Part shown: piece after piece, positions 62,059-64,000 of the stretch | Layout of the letters: every line of letters starts with the position of its first letter | Position numbering within the stretch: the stretch's first letter is position 1 | NCBI GenBank assembly: GCA_039807535.1 | Contig: JBDHRL010000002.1 | Coordinates: forward strand, 3,757-67,756 | Length of the DNA: 64,000 nt | Origin: Rhodocyclaceae bacterium | GTDB lineage: Bacteria > Pseudomonadota > Gammaproteobacteria > Burkholderiales > Rhodocyclaceae | Reading direction: 5' to 3' | Translations under genes and position numbers: made by a program | The notes under the pieces: generated by a model | The model's input: only the letters and a program-made list of their open reading frames with translations | What the model was told of the DNA's origin: nothing | Databases searched by the model: none

Positions 62059-64000
62059 CAGCCCCTGCCTTTCCGCCGCTCGCGGCGCCGCCAGCCGATC
62101 ACGGCCGGCGCCGCGCTGAGAGCGAAGGCCGCCGCGACGAGCCCGAGCGGCCACAGCACCGGCCGGTTCCACTCGGCGCGCCGCCGCTCGCGCTGCAAGG
62201 CATCGATCTTCTGGTACTTGAGGCTGTTGCGCGCCATGTGGTTGGGCTTGAGGTTGGCCACCCAGCCGTGGTGCAGGCTGTAGTCCTTGGGATGGAAGCC
62301 GAAGGACCACGGCGCATCATCGTGCAGGATGGCGAGCATGCGATCGATCAGGGCCTGGCGCGCCGGGCCGTTTTCCATGTGCTTCACCTGCTGGAAGAGC
62401 CGGTCGTATTCCGGGCTGGCGTAGTTGGCGGCATTCTCGCCCTGGGTCCTGGCGCGGCTTTGCGGGCCATGGAACAGGAAAAGGAAATTTTCCGGATCGG
62501 GATAGTCGGCGTTCCAGCCCCAGGCGAACATCTGTGCCGCGCCCTTGCGCACCTTGTCCTGGAAGCGGTTGTAGTCGGTGCCGCGGATTTCCAGCTGAAT
62601 CGACAGCTTGGCGAACTGCTTGCGGTACCAGTCGAGGCGCGGCTTGTCGCCCGGGCCGCGGTCGGTGGTGTCGAGATAGAGCACCAGCGGCTGACCGCTC
62701 TTGGCGTCACGCCCGTCCGGATAGCCGGCCTCGGCGAGCAACGACTTCGCCGCCTCGAGCGGCTTGCGGCGCGGCGCGCCATTCACCCAGTCGTAGACCA
62801 CCGGGTCGATGCCTTCCGCGCCGGAGCGGATGCCGAAGATGCCGGGCGGGATCGGCCCCTGCGCCGGAATGCCGCGGCCGTTGGCGAAAATGGAAATGTA
62901 TTCCTCCCAGTCGAGGGCGATGGAAATCGCCTGGCGCAATTTCTTTGCCCGCTCGCGCGCGGCGGCATCGGCCTGGCCGCCGCCGACGACGGGATCGAGC
63001 CAGTTGAAGGCAAAATAGCGCGTGGCGGTACCGACCGAGGTTTCCAGCCGGATGCCCCGCGCCGCCATTTCCGGCGACACGCCGGCTTCGCCCTCGACGG
63101 AGATGCGCACGGCCTGATCGAAGCTGTCGGAGCTGATGCCGGAGAAATCGTAGTAGCCCTGCAGGAACTTGTTCCAGTAGGGAATGCCCTCGCGCTCGCG
63201 CGAGAACACCGCCCTGTCGATGAAGGGCATGCGCCGGCCGGCGTCCGCCAGCAGCCCCGCCGCCTTGTCGCCCGCCTCGCCCTCGGACGGATAGATCTCA
63301 CCGCGGAAGTTCGGATTGCGCTCCAGCACCATGCGCGCGTTGGGATTGTTCTCCGTCAGCATGTAGGGCCCGGTGCCGATCGGATACCAGTCGAGCGTCA
63401 GGTTTTTCTCGATCATGCCGGGCTGGGCGAAGAAGCGGTCGGCCTCGACCGGCACCGGCGCGAAGAAATTCATCGCCAGCCAATAGGCGAATTGCGGATA
63501 GCGGCCCTTGATGCGAATGCGATAGCTGTATTTGTCGATGAGCTCGACGCCGTCGAGCGGGAACTTCGTCAGGTCGAGCCATGCATCCTTCCTGCCCGAA
63601 GCGGCCAGCGCCGCATCCGCGGCCCGCAGCCGCTCCGCAAACGCTTTCAGGCCTACAACGTATTCGCTCATCAGGCCGAATACCGGCGAATGCAGGCGCG
63701 GATGGGCCAGACGCTTGATCTGGTAGACATAGTCCTCCGCCGTCAGCTCGCGCGTGTCGAGCTGCGAAAAATCGCGCAGGGTATACACGTCCTTCAGATC
63801 GTGTGCGGCCAGGTTCTGATAGCGCGGCTGCCCGTCGGCAGCGCGGGCAAAGGCGGGATGCGGCTGGTAGAGGATGCCGGGGCGAATGCGGATCTCGTAG
63901 AGCGTGAAGGCCACGCGCGGCGAATCGGCCGGCACGTCGCGGCCGGCGGCATCCACGCTGCGCACCCGCGGCATCGCCTCGGCCGTCAGCGGAACCAGCG
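62058..64000 (-). CDS. Peptide ABC transporter substrate-binding protein, 3' part (starts beyond window end)
   Basis: AEDYVYQIKR, PIGTGPYML, KLRQAI, WNADYPDPENF; ends in a hydrophobic helix followed by WRRRERRKGRG. Confidence 0.9.
   Translation of the reverse strand, partial: LVPLTAEAMPRVRSVDAAGRDVPADSPRVAFTLYEIRIRPGILYQPHPAFARAADGQPRYQNLAAHDLKDVYTLRDFSQLDTRELTAEDYVYQIKRLAHPRLHSPVFGLMSEYVVGLKAFAERLRAADAALAASGRKDAWLDLTKFPLDGVELIDKYSYRIRIKGRYPQFAYWLAMNFFAPVPVEADRFFAQPGMIEKNLTLDWYPIGTGPYMLTENNPNARMVLERNPNFRGEIYPSEGEAGDKAAGLLADAGRRMPFIDRAVFSREREGIPYWNKFLQGYYDFSGISSDSFDQAVRISVEGEAGVSPEMAARGIRLETSVGTATRYFAFNWLDPVVGGGQADAAARERAKKLRQAISIALDWEEYISIFANGRGIPAQGPIPPGIFGIRSGAEGIDPVVYDWVNGAPRRKPLEAAKSLLAEAGYPDGRDAKSGQPLVLYLDTTDRGPGDKPRLDWYRKQFAKLSIQLEIRGTDYNRFQDKVRKGAAQMFAWGWNADYPDPENFLFLFHGPQSRARTQGENAANYASPEYDRLFQQVKHMENGPARQALIDRMLAILHDDAPWSFGFHPKDYSLHHGWVANLKPNHMARNSLKYQKIDALQRERRRAEWNRPVLWPLGLVAAAFALSAAPAVIGWRRRERRKGRG

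Overview
GC-rich betaproteobacterial chromosome segment (gene order suggests Rhodocyclales; inferred from synteny only). It is almost all core genome: folC(partial)-accD-trpA-trpB-trpF-truA-ECF-T-fimV-asd-leuB-entericidin-MFS-aroC; fadD-CBS-addA-addB-fdxA / trxA-rho; lysC; RsaL-like HTH, radical SAM, queD, tRNA-Ser, yccA, rlmD; bamC-dapA; HDAC / moxR-DUF58-tgpA-mltB; rpoS-nlpD-pcm-surE; tRNA-Pro-merR-ihfA-pheT-pheS-rplT-rpmI-infC-thrS-tRNA-Val-dnaQ-rnhA-methyltransferase / gloB; REC-GGDEF; mltD; peptide/nickel-type ABC transporter. The main accessory element is an eroded ~1.7 kb island at the tRNA-Pro(GGG) 3' end, bounded by a 45-bp direct repeat (42977-43021 / 44654-44698). It has no integrase, holds three gene fragments (IS200 tnpA, UbiD C-terminus, YqaJ C-terminus) and one intact DUF4160-DUF2442 pair with an apparently leaderless promoter, and carries an outward extended -10 motif facing surE-pcm-nlpD-rpoS. 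Other points of interest: a Met/Gly-repeat lipoprotein, an unannotated 51-aa basic ORF whose 3' end is tandemly amplified, two copies of an intergenic repeat abutting start codons, a 23-bp perfect inverted repeat resembling a minimal MITE, leuB with entericidin but no leuC/leuD, and non-canonical starts for infC (ATC) and probably folC (CTG). All calls come from reading the sequence and recalled family motifs; no database searches were run.
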